From Lama glama (lineage: Eukaryota): 64,000 bases of DNA. The DNA lies in the NCBI GenBank assembly GCA_028534125.1, contig CM052816.1:92258001-92322000 (forward strand), read 5' to 3'. The position numbers were made by a program, and so were the translations under genes. This document shows positions 24,813-37,222 of this stretch, one piece after another. Each line of letters begins with the position of its first letter. The first letter of the stretch is position 1. The notes beneath the pieces were generated by a model. The model was not told where the DNA came from, made no database searches, and saw nothing but the letters and a program-made list of their open reading frames with translations.

Positions 24813-25409
24813 GGACGAATCTATACACTGCAGGTTCTACCCAGAAAGAGCTAGATGTTTCTCATGTCCTACAACACGCTTGGTTGTAGACCCAGTTTGC
24901 ATCTTTAGCTCCACTGCCTTTTAACTCTGTTACCTTCCCAGAGCCCCAGTGTCATTTGTGAAATGGAGCTTGGAACACCTACCACCTGCACTGCTGTATT
25001 TAAAGTCCTTTCCTAGCACTGAATCCAAATTAGGAGAGGGCCTCTTGAGCCCCTTCCCTCTCAGCAGTGGTCATTTGGGGGGGGGGTGGAAGCTAGCAAC
25101 AGCCAGACAGTGCAGATGTTTGCATACACTGTACTAAAGAAAAATTATAGGTTTCCAGAAATGAACAGCAATGCTGTATTTGCTCCAGATGTGTGATTCA
25201 CTGTATAAAATGCTGGTGCATCCAGTGGTAAGAGCAGAATTTATGTTATAGCAAAATGTCCCCACTATTTGAGTGACCCGTATATGCCCAGTATTTAAAA
25301 AGCTCCTAGAGACACCAGAAAGCTAATATCCTTACCTTTGTTTCTTTGATCCCATGAGCTGCCCCTATATTCCTCCCAGCCTGGAAATGGAGTCAACACT
25401 TGAAAGGCT

Positions 25410-26050
25410 GTTTCAGTAATTTATGCATATATAGTGAACCATTACCAATGGGAAATGAAAGAAGGCAGGATGTAAGAGATACCTTGATGATGATTTGGAT
25501 GTCAGGATTAAGGCTGAGGGAGAAAAAACTGAGAATGGCACACAGATTTCTGGCTCAGGAAAAACTGGTGTCAGTTGAGGAGATAAGAAAAACAAGAGGA
25601 GAAGACCTCAGGTAAAGATCATAAGCCTGTTTCGGAACACGTTGAACATCAAGAGCCTGGATGTACAGATGCGGAGCTAGAAGGGAGGCCGGTGGTGGAG
25701 GAGTTGATGGGGTTACTGGCATGCTGTCAAAGCTCCAGGGCTGGCTGAGGCATCTCAGGGAGAATACAGCAGGCGAGGACAGCCCTCCGAGGAAGACTGA
25801 AACACACCGCGGGTGGAAAAGCTTCCTGAAAAGGCAGCTTAGAAAGAACGAGTGGATAGGAAGGAAATGACTGGGGAGAGAGTGATGTCATGGAAGCCGA
25901 ATGAGGAAAGAGAGGGATGCGGTTGGGTGACCAGTGTCACAGAGGGCTCAAGTAAGACAGGACACAAAGTGTCCCCTGAATTCAACACATAGATGTCGGT
26001 GGTGGTGTGGCAGAGTCCACGGTGCAGCAGGTTGCTTAGCGAATGAAAAA
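25410..26050 (-). mobile_element. Degenerate L2 LINE
   Basis: gagagagtgatgtcatggaagccgaatgagga...agtaagacaggacacaaagtgtcccctgaattcaacacatagatgtc. Confidence 0.6.
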
Positions 26051-26114
26051 AAAAGACTGAGTGCAGCCAGCAAATGTAGAGTGTTCTTCGGAGAGATGAG
26101 TCTCATCCTGGGCC

Positions 26115-26250
26115 CTCAGCTCTCAAAATGCATATCTTGGACCCTACCCCAAGCCCACTGAGTCGGAAACTCTGAGGAGGAAGCCCAGTCATGGATGCTT
26201 TAACACGCTCTCTAGATGATCCTGGTGCCCGCCAGTGCCGGAGATGCAGA
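26115..26250. mobile_element. MER5A-like hAT-Charlie fragment
   Basis: aatgcatatcttggaccctaccccaagcccactgagtcggaaactctgagg...tttaacacgctctctagatgatcctgg. Confidence 0.6.
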
Positions 26251-27999
26251 CACCCAGAGAAGCGTACACCTGGACAGAGGAAGACGAAACCTCTGGTTAG
26301 AGGAAGAGGAGAATGATCAAGGGAGGATTTTGTTTTCCAAAATGGGGGAGATTCTGAGCATGCTTGCATGCTGTAGGGAGAAGAACTAGCATTTTCAAAG
26401 AAGACACTGAATATATAGGAAAACGAAAGGTAAGAGTTGGAGCTGACTCTTGGGAGAACGAGAAAGTAGATGGTGACTGTTTGAGATATAAAGACAGAGA
26501 CTCAGCCTCTGCATCATATCCCAGTGTGGACTCACCTGTCCATTAGGCAAAGCAACAGTGACAAAATATTTTTGTTATGACGAGTCTGCTTCTAATACTT
26601 CAACCACTGCCTCCACCAAGAATCTCTGTACTTCCGCTCAGTATGTGACAAATATGTTCATGGTTAGAACATTTCCCTTCTTCTGAGCTCTGAAGTCTAG
26701 GCAGGCCCACTGCAGGTGAACAGTCCCCCTAGACCAGATGTCAGGCCCATCTGTAACACGCGGGCTCCATCATGCTTAGGTGCTTGCCTCCACACTGGAA
26801 CGTCTCCACGCTGGGGCCACACGAGCTGCAGTCCTCAGAGTCTCAACCCTGGGAGTCCGGGAGGAGCAGTATTAACCTCGGCCAGAGGCAAATGAGAAGG
26901 GGACGTCTGGTGCTTTTTCCAGACAAGTTGGTAGGAGATGCTCACCCAGTCAGTGTCTTCAATAAAAACAATATCCTACTTTCTGGGGTGATTCAAAATG
27001 TCAAATGCAGACAAAATTTTAAAGGGGAAAAAAAAGAGGTTTGTCTGGTAGGAAAAAAAAAAAAAAGGAGGCTGACAGTCACCGTTGGTAATGTTTATTT
27101 TGTTTTCCCTCTGGCCCAGCTGGTCTGCAAAGCCCTGGCGTACCCGGGCAGGAGACGGTGGCAAAACAAGTGTCTGTACAGGAGACCTACCAGGAGACCC
27201 AAAGATTTTTAACTTTCATTAACCCCAAACTAGACTTTCTTTTTCTTAAAAACATGGCGCTAAATCTTTGCGGTTAAAACCCTAGGTTGACAGCCTTTAA
27301 TAAAGAACCCCAGACACTGGAAAACCGAAACATAAACATAACTACGGACTAAATCACATTCCCCTTTGAAAGTTGCTTTTGAAAGCCCAAGGGAGCACCA
27401 TTAACATCACAGGAATAGTAGGCAATTAATTTCTCTTCTGGGGGCTTTCAGAATGTCTACCAGAATTGACCACCGAGAGCAAACTCATACCACATCAAGA
27501 CATGAATGCAGATCACCAATCAGTCTACTCAGAGCCCTGCCTGGCAATACCTTCTGTTTACTCCCAGTTTGGATGAGGTGTGAGAGTTGAAAAAAGAGTC
27601 CCCATTCCCAGCACCAGTCCATGCCCTGTCCAGTTGCAACAGACACTGATTTTCTTTTTTCTCATCCCTTCAGGGAAAGGAAAGTCAAGTTTGGGAACTA
27701 AGAATGGTAAAAAAAAAAAGAGTACACACATCCCTGTGTGTATCTGTGCCTCACTGAAAGAGCACAGCTCTACCTTTTATCCTCTTTCCCCTTCTCTTCC
27801 TGGGGAGGAGGAGGGCTGGGCAGAAATCAGTGTATCTGTGGGCCACAGACTTTTCGATACAGAAGAGCTTCTTTCAACGAGCAGGAAGCTGTATCACCGC
27901 TGATTTTATTTTCTAGGAGTAGATCAAGTGTTTTTCACCTGGCGTTAAAGTGTCATCAGATCAATTTAATGACTCATGACTAGCTTTTTGGATATAGAT

Positions 28000-28196
28000 T
28001 GGGTAGGATAGAATGAGATGGCATGGGATGGGATGGCATGGGATGGGATGGGATGGGATGGGATGGGATGGGATGGGATGGGATGGGGTGGGATGGATAG
28101 GATAGGATAAGAAAGAATGGGGAGGTTAGGATAGGATGGGTTGGATGTGAGGGAATGGAGTGGACAGGACAGGATAGGATGGATAAGATTGGATAG
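28000..28196 (+). repeat. (GGGAT)n pentanucleotide microsatellite with degenerate (GGATA)n flank
   Basis: Pure gggat run ~28040-28084, degenerate units on both sides. Confidence 0.95.
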
Positions 28197-28262
28197 AAAA
28201 TATCAGAACCAATCATGGGTAACAAGGTTGGGAACTGGTCTGCGAAATTTCTGTTAAAGTTT

Positions 28263-28304
28263 TGTGTGTATGTGTGTGTGTGCGCGTGCACGTGCGTGCG
28301 CACA
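28263..28304. repeat. Alternating purine-pyrimidine tract (TG/CG)
   Basis: tgtgtgtatgtgtgtgtgtgcgcgtgcacgtgcgtgcgcaca. Confidence 0.9.
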
Positions 28305-30196
28305 AATGCAGCTGTGTTCTAAGTCACAGTGTAAAGTGTAGCTTTCATAATCAAAGACTTTGAGCACTACTGTAATAGAAATGAGACTTCTCTACCTAAA
28401 CCCAGTGATTGCCCGTTTCTCACATATAAAGAAGGAACTGCTCTTGTTGGCTTAGCATCTCAGCAAAACTGTTTATTGAGCAGTGTTCAGAGGCGAGAAT
28501 AAGTCTGTCTTTGCTGAACGAGGGCCCCTAGCTCTGTGACTCTTTGAAGAGTGGCCTTGCTGGGATACTGAGGGGCCAAATGTTCTGGGGCTAAAGGAAG
28601 GTGAAAGCCGAAAAATCACATGGGTTCTTTTCAAGATTTCTCAGAAGTACTATGCCCAGGTCTACCCGCACCTCACTCGCCCCGTATAGGCAAACATCTA
28701 ACACCCAGTCTTGGCCCAGCCTCTGAAGACCACCCATGGACAAACCAGTGAAGCCCACAGTCTGCATTTTCAATTTCAAATAATGTTTTAAAAAAGCACT
28801 TAAGTGTTAGTCTCCAAGAAAATGGTTGCAAGAGGCTCTAACACAAACACTCCCATTTATATTTTAACCTCAATCAAGATGAAAAGGGCTGGGAGGAAAA
28901 TTTTCCTTTCCATGCAGCAGGTTCCAACCCCTGAGTTTCACCACCACAAGTTGAAAGGATGCCCTGGTCCACCAGCCTGACCGCCCTCACTGCCCCCGGA
29001 CGGCTCTCCTGTGGGTCCTGCTCTCGTCGGCTCGCGGGCTGTGCACTGGGACACCTGGAGTCGCCTCCCATTTGCACAAAATGTGGACAATGTTGCTTTT
29101 TATTCAGGCAATAAATAATACTGTCAAGCTGTTTGGCTTTTTTTTCCCTTAGAATTCTCTTGAGATAATTATATTGTGAGAATAAAAATCAAAATATGTA
29201 AACTTCCCTACCCTCTTCATGTATAGTAATAGAATTTGGAGGTCTTATAAAATAAAAAGTGAAAGCTTTACAAGAAATATCTGTCATTCTCAGGGAACAC
29301 CAAAGCATCTTAGTATGTGTTTAACACATTCCTATCAACAGAACTTGAATTTTAAAGTTACGTTTGATGAAACCAGGCCAGCCAAGAAATAAGAGGATCA
29401 GAAGAGCTTTTGGTGGGAGGACAATTTCTACAATCCCATGACAGATCACACTTAACCAATATGTTAGGTAATTATTCCCCTTTGTATTTCAATTTGCCGG
29501 GTCAATTGTCAGTGACCAAGGAATAGAATAGAGACCTAAGTTCAAAGTCATTTTCTTTCTTATTAGAAAGTGTTACATTTTTTCTCATAACACGCATTTT
29601 GTACCACCCAGCAGAACTTGCAAGTATAAAATTACTGAACAAACTAAAGAAGCTATATGAGCCATGAGAAACATTACTCCAGTTATTAAAAATATGAAGC
29701 CACAAAGTTTCTATGAACGAATATAGATTGGCCAAGTACACATTTTGTCCTAAAAGGAAACATTCTCCATCCCTAAAGAATCCATGTTTACAGAAATTGT
29801 ATTCATTTTACTTATCTTTTGAATTAAGCATCCTTCAGAACTGAACACTGATTACAAATTCTCAGAGGCCTTTCCCTCTGCCCCATTCTCCAGAAGCAAA
29901 AAGAGGCAAGGAGATGGTTGACTGAGAGTGTGGATCTTCATTCTGCACACCTTTCACGAAAAATAAGAAAATTTTGCCTGATTGTCTAGTGTCCTGACTA
30001 CTTGTCCCCTAACAAAGTATCAGGAACTGTGAGAGCAGGACAGAACAGTTTCTTCACACACCACAAGAAGGACCCCATTGAGGGGTCAAAAAGCAATCCA
30101 TGCAAGCCAGGCTTGTATATGTTGCTTATAATGAAGACACTGCATGTCACTTCAAGTTAATTCTTTTCAAACAGAGGAGAGTTTTGCATGACCAGT

Positions 30197-30540
30197 TGTG
30201 ATGGTTGGTTTTATGTGTCAACGTGGCAAGGATACAGTAGCCAGCCATTCAAACACTGGGCTAGGACAGAGTATTCTGTAGATGTGATTAACGTCTATAG
30301 TCAATTAACTTGAAAGAAAGGAGTTTACCCTCAATGTGAGGGGCCTTCTCCAAATCACTGAAGACCATAAGTGCCAAACTGAGGTATCTTGGTGGGAGAA
30401 GAAATTTCACCTGCAGGTTGCAACATTAGTTCCCCCAAGAGTTTCCAGACAGTTCATCCTAAAGCCTGTCGTAGTGACGCCAGACTTGCCGGCTCCTACA
30501 ATCACTCATTCTGTTTCTCTGGTCGAACGCTGGCTGATAC
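30197..30540 (+). mobile_element. MLT2-type ERVL solo LTR
   Basis: tgtgatggttggttttatgtgtcaac...gtagatgtgattaac...ctgtttctctggtcgaacgctggctgatac. Confidence 0.75.
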
Positions 30541-32196
30541 TCCAGTCAACTGGTCGGGGATGGCATCCATCTAAGTTCATCTGGAAAAAAAGGGCCTCAT
30601 TATACCCTAAATTTTAGTCCGTTGACAAATTCCAAAACACTGGTTTTATAAGCTTTAGAGCACAGAGTAACAGACCTTTAAAATGATTAGCTACTGCGTC
30701 CTTAAGTGTCTTGTAGACGGGAGTTAGTAAGAACATACTCTACCGTGCAACTGGTTAATCCCAATTTCTATCACGTTGAAAAGATGCTTGAAATTGACAC
30801 ATACGCTCGTTCGGTTTCCACTGTTAAATGGCTACCGCTTTTCAAGGCAGAAAGGAGCACACATGGAATGCGGTTTCTGAAACGCCACTAAAGCCAAAGT
30901 CATCTAAAATAAGTATGACCTGATGAATGTTCAAATGAAGTTGAAATTGGTTTCAGCCCATTTCCCACGGTGCAATGTTCTGATATTTCTGTTGTACCTG
31001 CCTTATTTCAGTGGTTTCCTTCAGGGTTTTGTTTTGTTTTTTTCAATCTACATCTAGGAAAGAATTGTATTCCAAATTTTTCATGCAAACTTATCACTGA
31101 TGAGTTTAACAGCCCTTTGCTCACCACAAAAAGACTACAAATTTTCTTCCTGTTACACTCCTGTTTTGCCAAAATAGACCCCTATGACTGGGTAGTTTTA
31201 TTTTGTTCCATCATAAGAGAGTTTCATACAAGCTTGTCAAAAAAGGAGAGAGAGAGACGGCAGTGACAATTAAAAGTGGCACCAATTAGTGTATTTATAG
31301 AACACTGACGCAAATGGACAACAGATGAGGAGAGAATTTTTATACACAAGAAGCACACCAAGGTTTAGCAATAATCAATTTTTCAGAAGGACTGTGACCC
31401 TGAAAGATTATTAGTGAAATAAAATACCAGAGATCAAAAGAGCACATTTTTCATTTTCGATTTTCCTGCCACCTGTGTTCCCTTGGGCCACAGCTGCATC
31501 CCGGGAGGCAGCGGCACGGGGGTAAAGGTAATCAGAAAGTGCGTAGGCTAACGCCCTCTCTGTTACGCATCTACCTGAGGACGGTGGGTCAGAGGAGGAG
31601 ATAAAGACATCCGGCGCTTCTGGTTATTGCGGCAATGGAAGGATCACTGGCCTCTGTCCTCCAGACACTACCAGAGACATCATCAAAGTGTTTCAGACTC
31701 TTTTTCTCTTCTCTGCCTCTTTCTCGCTGCCATAGCCTGTCTCTTGCTTGTCCTGGTTCTGTTCCTAAGGAAGAATCTTATATCTGTCATTCACCAGAGT
31801 CAGCGTGTTATCCTGGGCTCTCAGAGTTCTGAAATGTTTAAACTTCATCTACTTACAGAATCTGTTCCTTATGGAAGGGTTTCTGGCATCAGTAGCAGGC
31901 TAGGGTCGGGGAGGCAGAGACGTGAACAGAGCTTTAAATGGTTTTACAGAGTCAGGAAGACAGAGTGGGATTTGAGGCTAAGAAAGAGCTCTTGAGAGAC
32001 TGAGGTACCAACAAGAAGAAGGCACCAACAATGCGTCCAGCACTCAGCAGTGTCTTCCCCAGGGTGTCAGCAGAAGACTGCAACACAAAAATATGTCGGA
32101 ATAATGAGGAACGTAAATTTATGTAAATCTAAGTAAAAATTAATTGTACAAAACAGTAATAATAATGATGTCTTATGGAAATTTAAATATGATGCT

Positions 32197-32328
32197 ATGA
32201 ATGAGCCATAATGGAAAAGGAACTGAAAAAAATATACGTATGTATGCTTATGTATAACTGAATCGCTTTGCTGCACATCTGAAACTAACATTGTAAATCG
32301 ACTACACTTCAATAACAAAAATAAAAAG
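32197..32328 (+). mobile_element. Short L1 3' terminal fragment with TSD
   Basis: 13-bp TSD taaatatgatgct at 32184-32196 and 32329-32341. Confidence 0.85.
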
Positions 32329-32682
32329 TAAATATGATGCTGTCAGCAACATCCATAAACATCTGACAAGGCTGATTAAAAGAAAGAGAAATGCTACAAA
32401 ATATAAACATAAGGAGTGGAAAATGGGATATCGTTGCCAATGCTACAGGCATGTAAAAGATCTTAAGACGCTCTTACAAAGTCATTCTTTTTTTTTTTTT
32501 GCAAACATCATTCTAAAACTGTTTTTGAATGTGCAGATGAAAGGACAGATTCCTTTTTTTTTTAAAAAAAAAAAAACCCTGAAAGTGACACTAAAATAAA
32601 TAGAAAATCTGAATAGTTAGATATCTAATAAAGAAATTGGAAGCATAACCCCAATGTTAACCTCACGACACCACCTCCAGGC

Positions 32683-33088
32683 TGTCAGAGAAAATTAGAA
32701 CGATGTAGTAGTTACAGCAGTAAAAACAGATTTTATTCAGAAACAATTGTAATCGGGGAAAAGACGCCTCAGGAGAGAACTGGGCTCCGTTCCTAATACA
32801 GTAAAGACAGCTGGGCATTTTTAGCCAAGAAGTAGAAGGAAGGAGTCAGTGGATGGAAAATCAAGGGTAGGAGGGTTCCTGCTTAACCAACGTAGTGAGA
32901 TTCTTGCCGAAGTCATGCCAGCGTGCTCAGGTATCGAGGCTGGGGGTTCCTCCTAACTTGACTTAGCAGGATCCTCGCTGTAACCGAGCCGAGTAGGCCC
33001 AGCAAAGCTGGTGGCCAAGGCAGAGGCCTCACTGAGAAAGGGCTCAGAGGAGCCTGACCAAAGTTTGGTCAAGGAGCGACTCTTGTCA
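32683..33088 (-). mobile_element. MER31-like ERV1 solo LTR
   Basis: TG...CA termini; gggctcagaggagcctgaccaaagtttggtcaaggag; 4-bp TSD AGGC at 32679-32682 and 33089-33092. Confidence 0.8.
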
Positions 33089-33290
33089 AGGCTCAGACAA
33101 CTTCACCAGCAGATTTTCTGCAAATGTTTAAAGAATAATTGACACCAATGTTACATAAACTTTTCTACAGACCAGAACAGGAGACCACACTTCCTGACTC
33201 ATATTATGAAGCCAGCATAAACTGGAGACCAAAATCTGAAAAGAACGTTATAGGAAGGAAAACCACACACCACTCTCTGACAAACGGGTG

Positions 33291-33803
33291 TGAGAAAGGA
33301 AAACGCAGTCCCTGACTTCTGGGAGCAGGCGGCTGCCGCCAGCCCGCCCCGGGGCTGCCCTGCGGGACATAAACCATTCCGCAGGTCACCAGCATCAGGT
33401 AAGCTCGCCCTGTAACCAGAGATGGATCAAGACAAACGGAGATAATCATGTCTTAACACAGATAAGACCAAGTCTATCGGTCAAACCATAAAAATGACTA
33501 AACCCAACCCCTCTTCCCTGGCTAATAGCCTCAGTGCACTCCTCCTGCCTTAGGGATAAGATTGATTAAGACCCCCAATTATAGAAGTGCCCTGGCTTCC
33601 TGACAGCATGATTGGAGCAAAGTTCTACTTCCATAAACTCTCCCTAAAAACAGCAAATCTTAGAACAAATCCTTCTTAACTCCCTCTTACTGAGATACCA
33701 TCAGTCCCACTGTGGGGAGTTTCCCTCATCCCAGCGAGCAGTAAATCCAAATTGTGCAACTTCAGGTGTGTTCCTGGTGGTCTTTGGCTGGAGGATATTG
33801 ACA
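33291..33803 (+). mobile_element. ERV1-class (MER67-like) solo LTR
   Basis: tgagaaagg...caggtgtgttcctggtggtctttggctggaggatattgaca; 4-bp flanks ggtg/gatg. Confidence 0.65.
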
Positions 33804-36711
33804 GATGCTCACAGTTTGTTATCAGGAAAATGCAAATGAAAGCCACAGTGCAATGCCAGCGTGGACCTACCAGAACACCAACTTCAGGTGGGGATATTAA
33901 GCAGCTGGATTCTCCATAGACCATGGTTGATAATGTAAATTAGTACAATCAACTGAAAACAGTTGGGCCATACCCACTAAAGCTGAACCTAGGATTTCTC
34001 TATGACCAGCAATTCTGCTCCTCAGTATATCCCCAAAGAAAATGAGCACGTATGTGTACCCAGAGACGTGCACCAGGTGCTCATAGAAGCCTCCCCTTAG
34101 TAACCAGAAACTGGAAACAGCTCCAAAGTCCATTAGCAGTAAGTGGATAGAGGTATATTCAGTAATGGAGAGCTCTTGGCAATGAGAATGAACAAATCGG
34201 CTACAGGTAACAGAAAAAAAAAATGTTGAATGAAAGAAACCAGACACTGAAGAGTACTTACCGTATTATTTCACTTATAGAAGGTTCAAAAACTTGCAAA
34301 GCCAAGTTCAATCAGTGATTGAAATAAGGATACTGGTTACCTTTTCAGGGAGAAGGGGATTTACTGGGAAGGGTCTTGAAAAGTCTTCTGAGTCACCAGT
34401 AATGTTCTTTACCTTGGTGTGGATGGTATTTATAATTTCTGTTCACTATATGAAAATTAACACATACCTTTTTCTATTTTTGTAATACTTTAACTAAAAG
34501 TTTGTTTTTTAATGTACAAAAAATTGTACATTTGCTATTGTATGAAAACAATAGGAAATGTGGAGGGGGACAGTTAGTTTTTCAAAAATATATAGGTGTT
34601 GGACTATGTAAGGAATTGACTTTACCTGGAATTTGAATTGGGGGCTTCACAAGGCTAGAGGACTTCACAGAAGCTAAAAAAAAAAAAAATACTTCCAAAG
34701 ATATTATCCAATTTCTTTGCACACTTACAATGTTTTGTTGCTTTATGTCTCATTCCATTTTTTCCATTCTGTTTTCTAAATGTCCTAAAGAAACCTGCAT
34801 AATACAATCAACAAATTGTGCCATCTGCTCCTCGCCCACTGATACCACGTCAAGGCTTGAGCAAAAAGAATTACAACCTTAAACCCAAATCTCCTTATTT
34901 CCTCGGTTCCACGTGTAGCACCAGAATAGCCCAGAAATGGAAGTGAGCGTCTTGACCATTTCCCAGTGGAACACCACAGAGGCCGATTGTGGCATTGCAG
35001 AGGGCAAGGCTTCCAGGGCAAAATCCCTCAACAGGAAGAATTTTGCCTCACCCTGGTTATTCCAACACAGCTTCTGTCGATTATACTGCAGAAATAAGTT
35101 CTTTTCCTGTTAGAGTCCGGATAAGTCATGTTCACAGAGGAGGGAGTAAAGAATGAAATAGGTAAGAGTGTAGCTGGGAGAATGCTACTGAATTTGAACT
35201 TTGGCTCTGTGTTTAACAAGTTGTCTGGTGCCAGCCAGCTCTTGGAACTTATCAGCCCTTAATGTCTCTGCAAAATGTATATATGATTGGATGGTTACTT
35301 AACCCTGTCACAGAGCAAAAGCTCTTTGATACTATGAAGAATCTTTTAAAGTGATTAAAAAACAAAGCAAAACAAAATCAAAGCCCATTTTGATACCGTG
35401 GATTCTAGGGCGGAACTCTGTCCTGTTGTCCTCCCGGGGGAGGGGGCACACACTGGTGCTTTATTACACATACTGGAATGTTAACTGGGCACGCTGAAAC
35501 TGCTGTTTTTCATTCATTACCAGCCAGGAACTTGCATCTTGAGAACTGAAGATTATATTCCCTCTGCGAGAGGCTTAACCCGGCGATGGTGCTGTTTAAG
35601 CCCACGACTTTTGATTCTTCGTTTTTCACATATCAGGGAATGTAACAGTGCACAGGAACAAATAAAATTCTTAAAACAGAGCCAAAAAACAACATGATTC
35701 TTTTAATCTAACTGGTTAGATGGTCATAAACAGGAAGGAAATTTTTACTTCTATTTTCCCAAATGCTTGGACAGGATGTGATTTCCAATCAGAGGCATTT
35801 AAAGTTGTTCTGGGCAAAACTTAAAACCTGCATCCAATTAATGTGTTGTAGAAAGCAAAATCTCCCTGTTTACTTCTCACTGTGCAAACACATTAGATAG
35901 CTTCCCAAGTTAATGGCTCAGAGCATGATGTGATGGACATGATTCTAAGTTCCCAGTTACTCAGGACTAGGTAAGGAATGCCTGCTCTCCTATGGTTGGA
36001 TTCATAAACCAGTGCCATCAACAACATCTTGGAACTTCTCAAAATAGCCAAAGGGCAGACTGCATAGTCATTGAGAACGTACTGTGTGCCCACCACCGTT
36101 CTAAGCACAGGAAATGCAGTGGTGCGCAGGAGGACTCGTGACTTCATGGAAATAACACTCCAGGACAATCTTTAAAAGTCTTAGATAAGCAGAAGTTCCC
36201 TATGAAGTTTAACTATGTGAAAGCCGTTCAAATACTTTCCGTTTAAAAAAAATCTCATTAATTTTGTATAGAAAGGAATTGGGATGGGGAGGGATCATTC
36301 CAAGGACGTTAGTTATTAATTTTATTTAAGGCCACCACACATTAATGGTAACTGCTAGATAAAAATTTAAGGATGTCAATGAAAAAGTTCAATACACAGA
36401 GAAGCAATCCTGTATAAAGTATAAGTACTCTCAGTTTGACTGTTAATCGGGTAATGATAACTGAGAGTTAGAAACTCTACCATTTTCCTGAAGAAGACAA
36501 GAGGGGATGTACAACAGAGGTAGGAGACTACATCACCTTTCTGGGTGGGTGATGTACATGCTGGAAAGAAACCGGTGATATGGGAAATCGAAGACATTTA
36601 GACAAACTGAGTTCAGAAGATAATTTGATGAATGGAGAGAAATCATTCTCTTGGATCTTTGATTTGGGCTGAGTTGTTGTAGAAAAAGATTGATTCAGTT
36701 CTCAGGAAGTT

Positions 36712-37222
36712 TTTTTAATGGAAGTATAGTCAGTTTACAATGTTGTATCAATTTCTGGTGTACAGCATAATGTTTCAGTCATACATAGACATACATATAT
36801 TTGTTTTTGTATTCTTTTTCATTATAGTTTACTACAAGATATTGAATATAGTTCCCCATGCTATACGATGGAAACGTTGTTTACCTGTTTTATACACAGT
36901 AGTTAGTATCTGCAAACCTCAAACTCCCAATCTATCCCTACTGCTAGGAAGTCTTCTAAAAAAATTTTATTGAAGTGTAGTTGATTTAAAATGTTAGTTT
37001 CAGGTGTACAGCAAAGTGATTCAGTTAAACATATACATTTATGTATTTTCTTTTCAGATTCTTTTCCATTATCTCTTATTACAAGAAACTGAATATAGTT
37101 CCCTGTGCTATACAGTAGGTCCTTGTTACTTTATATATAGTAACGTGTGTCCCCAACCCTTAAGTTATCCCCCCGCCGCCCTTTCCCCTTTGGTAACCAC
37201 AGTTTGTTTTCTATATTCATGA
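36712..37222 (-). mobile_element. Two tandem L1 3'-UTR fragments (36712-36940 and 36962-37222)
   Basis: Each begins (on +) with gaagt(a/g)tagt..tttac/aaatgtt; target motif aggaagt(t/c)tt occurs at 36704, 36946 and 37228. Confidence 0.9.

Larger units (their letters stand above)
32345..34500 (+). mobile_element. Old L1M (ORF2 remnants plus L1ME-like 3' end) interrupted by two ERV1 LTRs
   Basis: L1 ORF2 remnants at 32345-32680 and 33093-33290; 3' region 33804-34500 (aaaatgcaaatgaaagccacagtg...aatgttgaatgaaagaaaccagacac). Confidence 0.75.

Noticed and set aside
27980..28303. ORF with (SHPIP)n repeat; possible CRISPR-like or coding repeat
   Set aside because: Translation of a (GGGAT)n microsatellite; there are no spacers.
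36376..36487. Strong minus-strand acceptor (tcccctcttgtcttcttcag)
   Set aside because: No good donor, and the phase-0 frame needed after the 41359 exon stops after 14 codons.
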